The position numbers and the translations under genes were made by a program. Shown here one piece after another: positions 41,070 through 50,672 of a stretch of DNA of 64,000 bases. Origin of the DNA: Ignavibacteriales bacterium (GTDB lineage Bacteria; Bacteroidota; Ignavibacteria; UBA10030); NCBI GenBank assembly GCA_026390595.1, contig JAPLFQ010000032.1:28215-92214 (forward strand), given 5' to 3'. Every line of letters starts with the position of its first letter. Within the stretch, counting starts at the first letter, position 1. The notes under the pieces are model-generated. The model was not told the DNA's origin and did not search any database. It was given only the letters and a program-made list of their open reading frames with translations.

Positions 41070-41586
41070 TGCTTTCCTCCATGTGGAACTTGTGAATATC
41101 GTCTAAATGTAATGGTGGGAATAACTTGAACAATATACGTACCATCTTTGGCATCTCAAAGGAATAAGAGAAAAACGGCGGAATGCGGCAAAAGTTCGCA
41201 AAATCTAGAAATTTCCGGAGTGCTTTTCCAGAATTCCTTTCGCGGCCGACGCGGGCTGGGGAAGGCCGGATCCTTGCGTGCGCTGATAGGCTAGCAATAG
41301 TCCCCTCGGAGGCGGCTGAACCGGGCGGGCACGGCCGTCGCTCGATGGGATCCCCAGACGGCAGAAAGCCGCCGGAAATAGTCATGAGCTACCCTTTCAT
41401 GGGATTGACGGCGTTGCTCATTGAGAACGCCGTGCCTATCTAGGGACTCAAAGATACTGGGGGTGTTTCAGGGAGGGGAAATGGGGGAAAATCGTTGGAA
41501 CGGGGAAAGAGACCTTCTTGCAGTGCTCTCATGCCAAAGTTTGGTCAAAACCTGCTAGTATCGCGTCTCTGCAGTTGTCTGAATAA

Positions 41587-41653
41587 GTCCCGTCAGGGAC
41601 GAGATGTACATTGATTTGAAAACAAGCTGTTTTCCGAGAACTCCGTCAGGAGT
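41587..41653 (-). repeat. REP-like hairpin doublet, copy 1
   Basis: ACTCC-TGAC-GGAGT and GTCCC-TGAC-GGGAC hairpins 53 nt apart. Confidence 0.7.
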
Positions 41654-41869
41654 GACATCTCAAATTATTCAAGGTACTTGCTAAACGTGACACTAGGAGA
41701 AAGAAATACCCGGGTTTCCTCCTGCAAGAAGGATGGGGTTGGGAAAAAAACCTAGATTCTGGAATACCTCCGGGTAGCCGCAGCGAAGCATCTCTTTCGC
41801 GGGTTCGGCTGGGGTGATTGCAGCATCCCTTCAAAGCACGCTGCAGCTACCAGCGGGAGGTGGTGGGAG

Positions 41870-42364
41870 TCAGTTGGCCGGACCTTGAATCCAGACGCCA
41901 CTGCTGTGTGAGACGGGTTGTTGAGATTCTTTGTCAGCAGGTTTCGTCAGAGCTTTTCGGACTTCGTTTTCTGTAATCACCAGCCTAAGGCCGGGTCTGT
42001 CCGCTTCGCTCCTGGGCTTTGCCATCTGCCAGATACTCGGCAATGCGCCAAAATATGATTTTCGAAACTCTTCCATCGTCATCCCTGTGGTATTCTTGAA
42101 GAGCCGGGCGCCGACATCTTCCCGCAAACCCAAATCGAGACAAATCACTTTGCAGAGAGCTTCCGACGTGAGAAGACGCTCCTTCATCCGGCATACCCTC
42201 GACTCCCGGATGTACCTGCTCAGGCTCACCTTCTCCGTTCGGTAGAACGATTGCTTCAATTTGTCGAGAGGGCAGTCTAGTTGTGTCGCAACCTGCTGGG
42301 CCTTTTTCAACGTGGTGAGGTTTGAAGAAACAAAGGACTTCACTTGAGGTATGTCGATCGTCAT
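41870..42364 (-). CDS. Stand-alone AraC-type DNA-binding domain protein
   Basis: VATQLDC..DKLKQSF.....SLSRYIRESRV..MKERLL, LGL....ARLFKNTTGMTMEEFRK; GCAGGAG SD before ATG 42364. Confidence 0.75.
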   Translation of the reverse strand: MTIDIPQVKSFVSSNLTTLKKAQQVATQLDCPLDKLKQSFYRTEKVSLSRYIRESRVCRMKERLLTSEALCKVICLDLGLREDVGARLFKNTTGMTMEEFRKSYFGALPSIWQMAKPRSEADRPGLRLVITENEVRKALTKPADKESQQPVSHSSGVWIQGPAN

Positions 42365-42594
42365 GGCGGGATCTCCTGCGTAGTTGAGGATTGAGGGAGC
42401 GTGGATTGTGGAGCAGCGAGTCGTTTGCGAAGAGCCAAGGTCACACATGGTGCGATCCTTCGGTTGGACTGGAATGAACGATATGTTCGAAGCAGGATCG
42501 AAATGATGATCGGAGCTTCGACGATCAGGGGCGGGACTGACCAGTTGCCGGGTTGAGATCAGGAAGAACGAGGGACACCTTGACCGCCCATGCG

Positions 42595-42657
42595 AAAATA
42601 ATGAGGGCAAGAGTCAAAGTCAAGTTAAATTACGGAATATATCCGAGATATTGCGGA
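42595..42657 (-). promoter_or_regulatory. sigma70 promoter plus upstream operator for the AraC-domain gene
   Basis: TTGACT(42623-42618)-17 nt-TATTTT; TCCGAGATATTGCGGA at 42642-42657. Confidence 0.65.
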
Positions 42658-42692
42658 ATCGGCCTGTAAACCGATTGGCATTTTTTTGAGGA

Positions 42693-43637
42693 CTATTGTT
42701 TTCGAGCTGTCGGGATACCGAGTCTCTTCATGCGATATCGCAACGTGTCTTCGGTCATCTTGAGGAAGCGGGCGGCTCGGCTTTGATTGAATTCGAACTT
42801 CTCCAGCGTGCGCATCAGGATCCCCTTCTCGATGATCTCCATCGCGTTGTCGAGCGCGAATTCCGCCCCCTCATCGATGCGCGTGATGATGCGCGAGAGC
42901 TCTGCCTGCTCATTGACGAGCCCGGCCGGGAGCCGGAACACCTCTTTGTCGTTCGACAGCACGATGCTGCGCTCGACCATCCTCTTCAGTTCCAGGACAT
43001 TTTCCTTCCACTCCTGGCGCACGAGGACACCGATGGCATTGGAATCGATGATCATTCCTTCTATCCCGAGATCCTTGCCAACCTGAGCGACGAAATACTC
43101 CACCAACTCCGGGATATCATCGCGCCGTTCGCGGAGCGGTGAGATCATTATCATTTCCCACCGCTTTGTCTCCTCAGTGACCCCGGGGAGAACTGTCCCC
43201 GCCTTCACCGCTGCCCCGATCGGACCTTGAAGCAGGAAAATCAGGCGCAAATCGCGCTTCTCTTTCCGGAGAAAGGCGAGGAGATCACACACCGAGCTCT
43301 GAGCTGTCAGCCCCGAGCGATCGATGTCTTCGAAGATCAACGTCGTACCATCAACCAATTTGAAATTCCCATGGTCCGGGGCGATCGGGTTGTAGAGCTC
43401 TCCGCTTTGCATGGCCAAATCGACCAACTTCCTCAGCCGGCTCGGATCGATGACGGCGATGTTCAAACGAACACATGGCTTCCTGGCATCCTTGCTCTCA
43501 TTATGTATGGCTTCGGCAGTCAATCCCTTGCCGACACCCGATTCACCGATGATTACGACGTCTTTCCTGCCACGAGCCAGTCTTTTCACATCTTCACGAA
43601 GTTGCCGCGTGGCCGGACTTGATCCTACGATCTGCAT
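42693..43637 (-). CDS. Degenerate sigma54-activator-like AAA+ domain with Fis-type HTH and no sensory domain
   Basis: IVGSS, GESGVGK, PLRERRDDIP, W.ENV.EL, NQSRAA..L.MTEDTLRYRM; GAFTGA absent; Walker B reads LIFED. Confidence 0.85.
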   Translation of the reverse strand: MQIVGSSPATRQLREDVKRLARGRKDVVIIGESGVGKGLTAEAIHNESKDARKPCVRLNIAVIDPSRLRKLVDLAMQSGELYNPIAPDHGNFKLVDGTTLIFEDIDRSGLTAQSSVCDLLAFLRKEKRDLRLIFLLQGPIGAAVKAGTVLPGVTEETKRWEMIMISPLRERRDDIPELVEYFVAQVGKDLGIEGMIIDSNAIGVLVRQEWKENVLELKRMVERSIVLSNDKEVFRLPAGLVNEQAELSRIITRIDEGAEFALDNAMEIIEKGILMRTLEKFEFNQSRAARFLKMTEDTLRYRMKRLGIPTARKQ

Positions 43638-43659
43638 AGTGCGAAACCTTTCATTTGTC

Positions 43660-44916
43660 TCATTCTGTACGCGCCTTCGTGACGTCTTTCGTCTGTACGT
43701 CCTTTGGCTGAATGAGAAACCTCTGGTCAAGCTCGTTCGGATTCATGAATTGCCGCAACACCCAGTTGTCGAATGCGTCGCGCCAGCGGGTGATGCGGGA
43801 GGCATCGGTCGCCAACCGAATCTCATAAAAGCGACCTTCAACACTTTGAATAAATCTAAGGCGTAAGATGAAAAGGAAGAGAAGCACGATCATGATTCCC
43901 GTTGAAAGGTACATCCCAAGATGCGCGAACGCAGCATAGGCATCCCATTGCCGAACCGTTGTGAAGGCGTAGTGGTGAAGGGCTTCACAGGAACAAAACA
44001 CCAGAAGGCACCAGAGAATTTTTTCAAGGTACGCGCTCTTTGGAGGATCTGCTATGAATTGGTAAATAATGAAAACGAGTATACAACCTATTAGTAGAAG
44101 CGATATCAACACGCAACTCCTCCATAGCGGCCTGTAAACAAGCAGATATACGGCATCACCCTGACAATATGGCCACAATTCCAAAACTCGAGCCTCCTTA
44201 GCCCGAAGGACATCCTGATTCTCTGGGCGAATCCCAATCGTCAAGGGTGCGACGGACGCAATCAACGCTAAAGATGGTCGCTCCATCCCATCCTGATGAA
44301 GCTCTTGAGTCGCAAGTTGGATAGCTTTGTAGTCCTTAATATCCGTTGTTGTGTACAAGTATTTCGGGTTGGCGTAGTATGCATAGAACAAGGATATCCA
44401 TATGGTTCCGACGACAGACACAGCGATGAAGTACTTTAGAGGCAACCTCAGTTTCTGAAAGCTCAAATGAACGACAAGGAAAACCACACTCACGGCTAGC
44501 AACAGGAAATACAATTGCGTTCGGTATTGGTGCTCATAGAAACCAGCCCACGTATCAAGCGGAAACCACCACAGCTTTGCCAATTGGTACAGTTGAGTCC
44601 AGAACCCATTTATGAAGAAGACGACGGCGAGATTCACGAAAAGGGCTCTGATCTCAGGTTGGGCTTCCTTCTTAGAAAGGATCCATGAAACACTTCCGAC
44701 CAAGGCACTGGCCTCTGCAAGAACGATTACGCACACACGGTCGATACCATCCGCACTCATCGCCATCACTCCTGCGAAGTTGATGACTGCGAAGGGACAC
44801 CACATCATCAAGATTTTCTTGTAGAGTCTCATTCCTTGAAATAGGCCTGAGCCCGCTCCTTTAATAAGAAAATCGAAACTCGGTGTATCCGTCCACAGGA
44901 AAAAAAGGGTATTCAT
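43660..44916 (-). CDS. Hypothetical polytopic membrane protein (about 8 hydrophobic segments)
   Basis: Long ORF with repeated hydrophobic stretches, a central hydrophilic loop and a charged C-terminal tail; start placed after the promoter. Confidence 0.8.
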   Translation of the reverse strand: MNTLFFLWTDTPSFDFLIKGAGSGLFQGMRLYKKILMMWCPFAVINFAGVMAMSADGIDRVCVIVLAEASALVGSVSWILSKKEAQPEIRALFVNLAVVFFINGFWTQLYQLAKLWWFPLDTWAGFYEHQYRTQLYFLLLAVSVVFLVVHLSFQKLRLPLKYFIAVSVVGTIWISLFYAYYANPKYLYTTTDIKDYKAIQLATQELHQDGMERPSLALIASVAPLTIGIRPENQDVLRAKEARVLELWPYCQGDAVYLLVYRPLWRSCVLISLLLIGCILVFIIYQFIADPPKSAYLEKILWCLLVFCSCEALHHYAFTTVRQWDAYAAFAHLGMYLSTGIMIVLLFLFILRLRFIQSVEGRFYEIRLATDASRITRWRDAFDNWVLRQFMNPNELDQRFLIQPKDVQTKDVTKARTE

Positions 44917-44943
44917 GAGCACAGCACCCCACCTGTCACTCCG

Positions 44944-45006
44944 AGTATACACCTTTTTCAAAACTCAGTCAAGAGTTTTTCCGACTACTTTCCGAGATAT
45001 CTCGGA
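44944..45006 (-). promoter_or_regulatory. Near-consensus sigma70 promoter plus perfect 16-bp palindromic operator
   Basis: TTGACT(44972-44967)-17 nt-TATACT(44949-44944); TCCGAGATATCTCGGA at 44991-45006. Confidence 0.8.
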
Positions 45007-45275
45007 TAGCGATTTGCAATTCGAATCGCAACTGGAGAATTTCAGCGAAGGACTCTCCTCACCGAGCCGCCTCTCTCACCCATTGTCAATTCCAGCAATA
45101 GCAAAAGACCCTTCGATTCTTGAGAAGCGAATCTGGGAATCCTCCCATTTCTGCGAGCAAAGGATCGAACACTGCGAAAATTATGCGATTGTTGAAGATG
45201 TCCCCAATGGCATATTTCTTGACAATCGTGGCTGTCAGACATGAAAACGTCCATCCTTGGAGAGGCAGAGTAAAC

Positions 45276-45731
45276 ATGGTCGCAGAAGAACCAGTGTATT
45301 CCATTGGCAGTGTCGCCAGAATGCTTGGCGTATCAGTTTTCACGCTCAGGATGTACGAGCGTGAAGGACTGATCATCTCCCACAAATCCAACACAAAACA
45401 CAGACGCTACAGCCAGAACGACGTCGAGCGGATCAAATGCATCCGCCGCGCCATCACTGAACTGAAGTTCGGCATAGCCGGCGTCAAAGGAGTCTATGCC
45501 CTTATCCCCTGCTGGAGCATCGTCAACTGCTCCGCAGAAGACCGGGACAATTGTGCCGCATACAAGGGACACTCAAAACCATGCTGGACGCACAAACACG
45601 AGTCCAATACATGTTCCTCCAGGGTCTGCAGGCAGTGTCCAGTGTATCAGAAACTGACAGATTGCGCAAAAGTAAAAGAGAGCATATTGCTCGCCTCACA
45701 GCAGTCGCAAGCATTCACTCCTCATCCATGA
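45276..45731 (+). CDS. MerR-family regulator with a Cys-rich two-CW C-terminal domain
   Basis: YSIGSVARMLGVSVFTLRMYEREGLI..HRRYS; CW....C.......C.AY......CW...C....C..CPVY. Confidence 0.88.
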   Translation: MVAEEPVYSIGSVARMLGVSVFTLRMYEREGLIISHKSNTKHRRYSQNDVERIKCIRRAITELKFGIAGVKGVYALIPCWSIVNCSAEDRDNCAAYKGHSKPCWTHKHESNTCSSRVCRQCPVYQKLTDCAKVKESILLASQQSQAFTPHP

Positions 45732-45735
45732 GGGC

Positions 45736-47934
45736 ATGATGAATTCGATTTCCCGAAGACGATTCCTGAAAATCTCCGCAGCGACCGTCAGCCTCGCGGC
45801 CGCCGGATGCGCGACCAAGTCTGGAACATCAAGCCTCGGCGCGAAGGAGAAAAAGAATGGGATCCAGAAAATCCCGACCTATTGTGATATCTGCTTCTGG
45901 AAGTGCGGCGCGATTGCGTACGTCAAAGACGGTGAACTGTGGAAAATCGAAGGCAACCCGGATGATCCGCTCAGCCGCGGACGCCTTTGCCCGCGGGGCA
46001 CCGGCGGCATAGGCGCTCACACAGACCCCGACAGACTCCGCACACCGCTGATCCGCAAACGCGAGCGAGGTGAAGAAGTGTGGCAGGAAGTCACCTGGGA
46101 TGAGGCGCTGGGATACATTGCCGACAAGATGCAGAAGATCAAATCCGAATACGGACCGGAATCGATGGCGCTCTTCAGCCACGGTATCGGCGGCAACTTC
46201 CTGAAGCACACAATGAAAGCATACGGAACTCCGAACATCTCAGCCCCCTCCTTCGCCCAATGTCGCGGACCCCGCGATGTCGGATTCCGCCTCACCTTCG
46301 GCGAGGACGTCAGTTCGCCTGAACGGACGGATATCAAGAACGCCCAATGCCTGGTCCTGATCGGAAGTCACCTCGGCGAGAACATGCACAACTCCCAGGT
46401 CCAGGAGTTCGCTGACGCGATCGACAACGACGCTTCAATCATCGTCGTCGACCCGCGTTTCTCCGTTGCCGCGAGCAAGGCCAAGTGGTACCTCCCCATC
46501 AAGCCGGGGACCGATCTCGCTTTGCTTCTTGCGTGGATGAATGTCATCGTGAAGGAGAATCTGTACGACAAAGAGTATGTGACAAAACACGGATTCGGTT
46601 TCGAACAATTCGCAGCCACACTCCTCCCCTACACACCAGAATGGGCATATCCCGAAACAGGAATTGAACCAGAAGTCATACGCGCTACCGCCCGCGAGAT
46701 GGCGCGATACAAGCCGGCAACGCTCGTCCATCCGGGAAGGCACGTCACCTGGTACGGCGACGATGCACAACGCAGCAGAGCCATCGCACTGCTCAACGCA
46801 CTCCTTGGAAGCTGGGGACGCAAAGGAGGATTCTACTATCCCGTCAGCATGGACGTTCCGGCATATCCATATCCTGCCTATCCGAAGCCGGCAAGAGACA
46901 AAGTCGACAATCCGAATCACAAGTATCCTTTCGCGCATGAGACAATCACCACCGGCACCCGCGATGCTACAATATCCGGCCAACCGTATCCCATTAAAGG
47001 CTGGTTTGTTTATGCGTCCAACCTGATTCACGCACTTCCAAACGAGCAGGAGACGATCAAGGCTATCCAGAACCTCGACCTTCTCGTCGTGGTCGATGTG
47101 ATACCGAGTGAAATTGCCGGATGGGCGGACGTCGTTCTCCCCGAAGCTGTCTACCTCGAGCGGCACGACGATCTCAACGTGGAGTGGTTCAGGGATTCGT
47201 TCACAGCCCTGCGTCAACCGGTCGTCGAATCGCCTCACGATCAGAAACCGAACTGGTGGATCGCAAAGCAGCTCGCCGGGAAACTTGGCCTCAGCAGCTA
47301 TTTCCCCTGGAACGATATCGAGGAGTATTTCAAGCACCGCCTTACCGCAGCCGGACTCGATTACGATGAGCTCAGGCAAAAAGGGATCATCAGGGGAAAG
47401 AAACAGCCCAATTACTTCGAAGAAGGGGTGCCTATTGAATTCCCCACTCCTTCGGGAAAGATCGAATTCTACTCTTTGCAGCTCCAGAAGGCAGGGTTCG
47501 ACCCGGTCCCGAGATATACAAAGCCCGATCCGAATCCCCCCGGATCGTTCCGACTCCTCTACGGCCGCTCACCCGTTCATTCGTTCAGCAGGACGCATTC
47601 AAACAGGATTCTCTCCGATATGATGTCTGAGAACGAGGTATGGGTCAATGCTTCCGTCGCAGGAAGGCTGGGATTGCAGAACGCCCAGTACGTCACGCTG
47701 AAGAATCAGGATGGAGTCGTCAGCAATAGAGTGAAAGTGAAGGTGACTGAGAGAATCCGGCCGGACTGCGTGTATGTTGTCCACGGATTCGGCCATACGT
47801 CCAAAGGACTTAAACACGCCTTCCGCAAAGGTGCAAGTGATGCGCAACTGATCACCAGGTACAAGACTGATCCGCTCATGGGAGGTACGGGAATGAACAA
47901 CAATTTCGTCACCATCGAACCGGCGGAGGCGTAA
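45736..47934 (+). CDS. psrA: Polysulfide/thiosulfate reductase-type molybdopterin catalytic subunit (PsrA/PhsA-like), Tat-exported
   Basis: SRRRFLK, CDICFWKC...LCPRG 4Fe-4S motif, SFAQC Mo-ligand Cys, VVDPRFS, ADVVLPE..YLER, HGFG. Confidence 0.85.
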   Translation: MMNSISRRRFLKISAATVSLAAAGCATKSGTSSLGAKEKKNGIQKIPTYCDICFWKCGAIAYVKDGELWKIEGNPDDPLSRGRLCPRGTGGIGAHTDPDRLRTPLIRKRERGEEVWQEVTWDEALGYIADKMQKIKSEYGPESMALFSHGIGGNFLKHTMKAYGTPNISAPSFAQCRGPRDVGFRLTFGEDVSSPERTDIKNAQCLVLIGSHLGENMHNSQVQEFADAIDNDASIIVVDPRFSVAASKAKWYLPIKPGTDLALLLAWMNVIVKENLYDKEYVTKHGFGFEQFAATLLPYTPEWAYPETGIEPEVIRATAREMARYKPATLVHPGRHVTWYGDDAQRSRAIALLNALLGSWGRKGGFYYPVSMDVPAYPYPAYPKPARDKVDNPNHKYPFAHETITTGTRDATISGQPYPIKGWFVYASNLIHALPNEQETIKAIQNLDLLVVVDVIPSEIAGWADVVLPEAVYLERHDDLNVEWFRDSFTALRQPVVESPHDQKPNWWIAKQLAGKLGLSSYFPWNDIEEYFKHRLTAAGLDYDELRQKGIIRGKKQPNYFEEGVPIEFPTPSGKIEFYSLQLQKAGFDPVPRYTKPDPNPPGSFRLLYGRSPVHSFSRTHSNRILSDMMSENEVWVNASVAGRLGLQNAQYVTLKNQDGVVSNRVKVKVTERIRPDCVYVVHGFGHTSKGLKHAFRKGASDAQLITRYKTDPLMGGTGMNNNFVTIEPAEA

Positions 47935-47936
47935 CC

Positions 47937-48476
47937 ATGGGGCGATTTGGAATGGTCATCGATACTGTGAAATGTGTCGGATGCATGGATTGCGTGGTTG
48001 CCTGTAAGACTGAGAACGAAGTTCCAGAAGGATTCAATCGTGACTGGATCGCACAGGACGTCACCGGCTCCTTCCCCACACTCCACATGGAAATCCGAAG
48101 CGAGCGATGCAATCATTGCGACGCTCCCCCCTGTGTGTACTGCTGCCCGACGGGAGCGAGTCACGTTCACAGCCTGGGCGGTGTAGTCCTCGTGGAACAC
48201 GGGATGTGTATCGGCTGCAAGGCCTGCCTTGCCTCCTGCCCCTATGACGCGCGGTTCATCCACCCTGATGGATATGCCGATAAGTGCACGTTCTGCATCC
48301 ATAGAGTGGAAAAGGGTTTGGATCCGGCGTGCGTCTCCGTTTGCCCGACTCATTGCATGACATTCGGCGACCTCGAAGATCCGAACAGTTCCGCGAGCAA
48401 GCTCCTCGGCTCAAGGAAGTACCACTCTTTGATTCCTGAGGCTGGCACAAAACCACAAGTGTACTATCTCACATAG
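47937..48476 (+). CDS. psrB: Four-cluster 4Fe-4S subunit (PsrB/NrfC-like)
   Basis: CVGCMDCVVAC, CNHCDAPPC..CP, CIGCKAC..CPY, KCTFC...PACV..CP. Confidence 0.9.
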   Translation: MGRFGMVIDTVKCVGCMDCVVACKTENEVPEGFNRDWIAQDVTGSFPTLHMEIRSERCNHCDAPPCVYCCPTGASHVHSLGGVVLVEHGMCIGCKACLASCPYDARFIHPDGYADKCTFCIHRVEKGLDPACVSVCPTHCMTFGDLEDPNSSASKLLGSRKYHSLIPEAGTKPQVYYLT

Positions 48477-48484
48477 AGGACTGT

Positions 48485-49435
48485 ATGCACGAACTCACAA
48501 CTACGAGGCACAACGAGCTCGTCGATCCCGTCCTGCAGATCTGGGCATGGCAGATTCCTGTGTATCTGTTCATCGGCGGACTCGTCGCCGGGATCATGAT
48601 CATCTCCGGTTACTTTGCCCTCAAGGGTCAGTACAAGAAGAACATGTTCACAAGTTTCTACCTGCCTCACATCAGCCTCGTTCTGCTGAGCCTGGGTATG
48701 TTCTCGCTATTCCTCGATCTTGAACACAAACTGTACGTCTGGAGACTCTACACCACATTCAAGATCATGTCGCCGATGTCCTGGGGAGCATGGATACTGA
48801 TTCTCGTGTACCCTGCTCTCTGGTTGAACACACTCATCCGCATTCCGGATGCATACAAGAATATCATCCCCGTGTTTGACCGCCTGAGTGCCAGAATCAA
48901 CCAACATCCATTCTTGATCAAGAGCATTGGCACTCTCAACATGCTCCTGGGCACACTCCTTGGCATGTATACCGGCGTGCTCCTGAGTTCGATCGCCGCA
49001 AGGCCTCTCTGGAACAGCTCTATGCTTTGGATGGTGTTTCTCGTTTCCGGACTCTCGGCTGCGTCCGCGTTTGTGCACCTTGTCGCGCGCGACCCGGAAG
49101 AACGACTGTTACTCGCCAAAGCAGACAACGGCTTTCTGACCCTCGAGCTCTTTGTGATCGGCGGCTTCGTCAGCGGCTTGCTGAGCTCGACGGGAGTTCA
49201 TTCCGAAGCAGTTCTGCTCATACTCGTCGGACCGTACGCCCCAGCGTTCTGGGTGGGCGTCATCGGACTCGGCATCATCATCCCCTTGATCATTCAGATG
49301 CTGGCAGTGAACGCCAGAGTCAAACATACATCGGCAGCTCCCATTATGGTCTTGTTTGGCGGACTTCTGCTCCGCTTCGTCATCGTGTATGCGGGGCAAT
49401 ACAGCCACTACACGCATCAGGCACTATCAAGATAG
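48485..49435 (+). CDS. psrC: NrfD/PsrC membrane anchor subunit
   Basis: W..QIPVYLFIGGL, DL, SPMSWG, YTGVLL...RPLW, GGLLLRF. Confidence 0.9.
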   Translation: MHELTTTRHNELVDPVLQIWAWQIPVYLFIGGLVAGIMIISGYFALKGQYKKNMFTSFYLPHISLVLLSLGMFSLFLDLEHKLYVWRLYTTFKIMSPMSWGAWILILVYPALWLNTLIRIPDAYKNIIPVFDRLSARINQHPFLIKSIGTLNMLLGTLLGMYTGVLLSSIAARPLWNSSMLWMVFLVSGLSAASAFVHLVARDPEERLLLAKADNGFLTLELFVIGGFVSGLLSSTGVHSEAVLLILVGPYAPAFWVGVIGLGIIIPLIIQMLAVNARVKHTSAAPIMVLFGGLLLRFVIVYAGQYSHYTHQALSR

Positions 49436-49495
49436 TACTCATTCCACTTCAACGCTGATATTCCAGGATTGATTCGAGAATCGGAGGACCAACAA

Positions 49496-50074
49496 ATGGC
49501 AACAGCAAACGAAATAGGTCTCAGTGAGTCCAAGCTTCGCACGGGGGGGCACACAGAAAGGACAGCGCAGCCGTACTGGAACCCGTACGTCGCAGGGCTT
49601 GGACTTGGGCTTGTGCTGCTCGCTTCATTCGTGATCATGGGACGCGGCTTGGGGGCATCCGGTGCATTCTCATCCCTCGTGACGGTCGGTGTCCAGGCTG
49701 TGGCACCGAATCACGTGGCTGCTAACGAATTCTATTCTGAATACGTCGGCGACGGATCAAAAAGTCCATTGAAGGACTGGCTTGTCTTCGAAGTGCTCGG
49801 AGTGTTCGTCGGCGGGTTCATCTCAGGATTGCTCGCAAATCGGGTAACAAAAGTGGTCGAACGAGGGCCCAACATCAGCAGCGCCGGACGGCTGACGCTC
49901 GCGTTCATCGGTGGAGGATTGATGGGGATCGGAGCGAAGCTCGCCCGCGGCTGCACAAGCGGCCAGGCGTTGACCGGCGGCGCCCTGTTCAATGTCGGCA
50001 GCTGGGCTTTCATGATGATGGTATTCGCCGGCGCATATGCTACGGCATACTTTGTAAGGAGACAATGGCAATGA
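49496..50074 (+). CDS. YeeE/YedE sulfur-compound transporter, half-protein 1
   Basis: YWNPY.AG, GLGASG, GAKLARGCTSGQ. Confidence 0.88.
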   Translation: MATANEIGLSESKLRTGGHTERTAQPYWNPYVAGLGLGLVLLASFVIMGRGLGASGAFSSLVTVGVQAVAPNHVAANEFYSEYVGDGSKSPLKDWLVFEVLGVFVGGFISGLLANRVTKVVERGPNISSAGRLTLAFIGGGLMGIGAKLARGCTSGQALTGGALFNVGSWAFMMMVFAGAYATAYFVRRQWQ

Positions 50075-50670
50075 ACGCACCCTTCTTCAAATTTGGTTTA
50101 TTTGGCGATGACGTCAGTCTCGTCGTCGCATTCGTCATTGGAATCGGGTTCGGCTTCTTCCTCGAGCGGGCCGGATTCGGCAGCTCAAAGAAGCTTGCCG
50201 CACAGTTCTACTTCACCGACCTCACCGTCTTCAAGGTAATGTTCACGGCGATCATTACCGCTATGGTTGGTGTTTACTACCTTTCCGTAGTCGGTTTCGT
50301 CGATCTTTCACTCGTCTATCTGACACCCACCTTCCTGGTCCCTCAAATCGTCGGAGGTCTGATCCTCGGCGTCGGGTTCGTTGTAGGCGGATACTGTCCG
50401 GGAACATCGTGCGTCGCTGCATCGACGGGACGAGTTGACGCGATGGTCTACCTCCTGGGAATCGTTTTCGGGATTTTCGTTTTCGGCGAGGCGATCCCGT
50501 TGGTAAGCACCTTCTATCTCTCGACACCGATGGGCCAGATCACGCTTCCACAAATCTCCGGCCTCCCGTACGGTTTGATCGTGTTCCTTGTTGTGCTGAT
50601 GGCTCTGGGGGGATTTGCCGGAGCAGAGTGGGTTGAGAAGAAAATGGCGGCAAAGAAAGCGAGGGCCTGA
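50071..50670 (+). CDS. YeeE/YedE sulfur-compound transporter, half-protein 2
   Basis: GFGFFLERAGF, DLTVFKVMF, GYCPGT. Confidence 0.88.
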   Translation: MNAPFFKFGLFGDDVSLVVAFVIGIGFGFFLERAGFGSSKKLAAQFYFTDLTVFKVMFTAIITAMVGVYYLSVVGFVDLSLVYLTPTFLVPQIVGGLILGVGFVVGGYCPGTSCVAASTGRVDAMVYLLGIVFGIFVFGEAIPLVSTFYLSTPMGQITLPQISGLPYGLIVFLVVLMALGGFAGAEWVEKKMAAKKARA

Positions 50671-50672
50671 TC

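Noticed and set aside
41062..41860. Small ORFs 41062-41385, 41183-41443 and 41646-41834
   Set aside because: No motifs or SD support; they overlap the probable acp promoter region and the REP-like element
45736..47934. Selenocysteine or recoding in the molybdoenzyme
   Set aside because: The ORF is uninterrupted and the ligand position is an ordinary Cys
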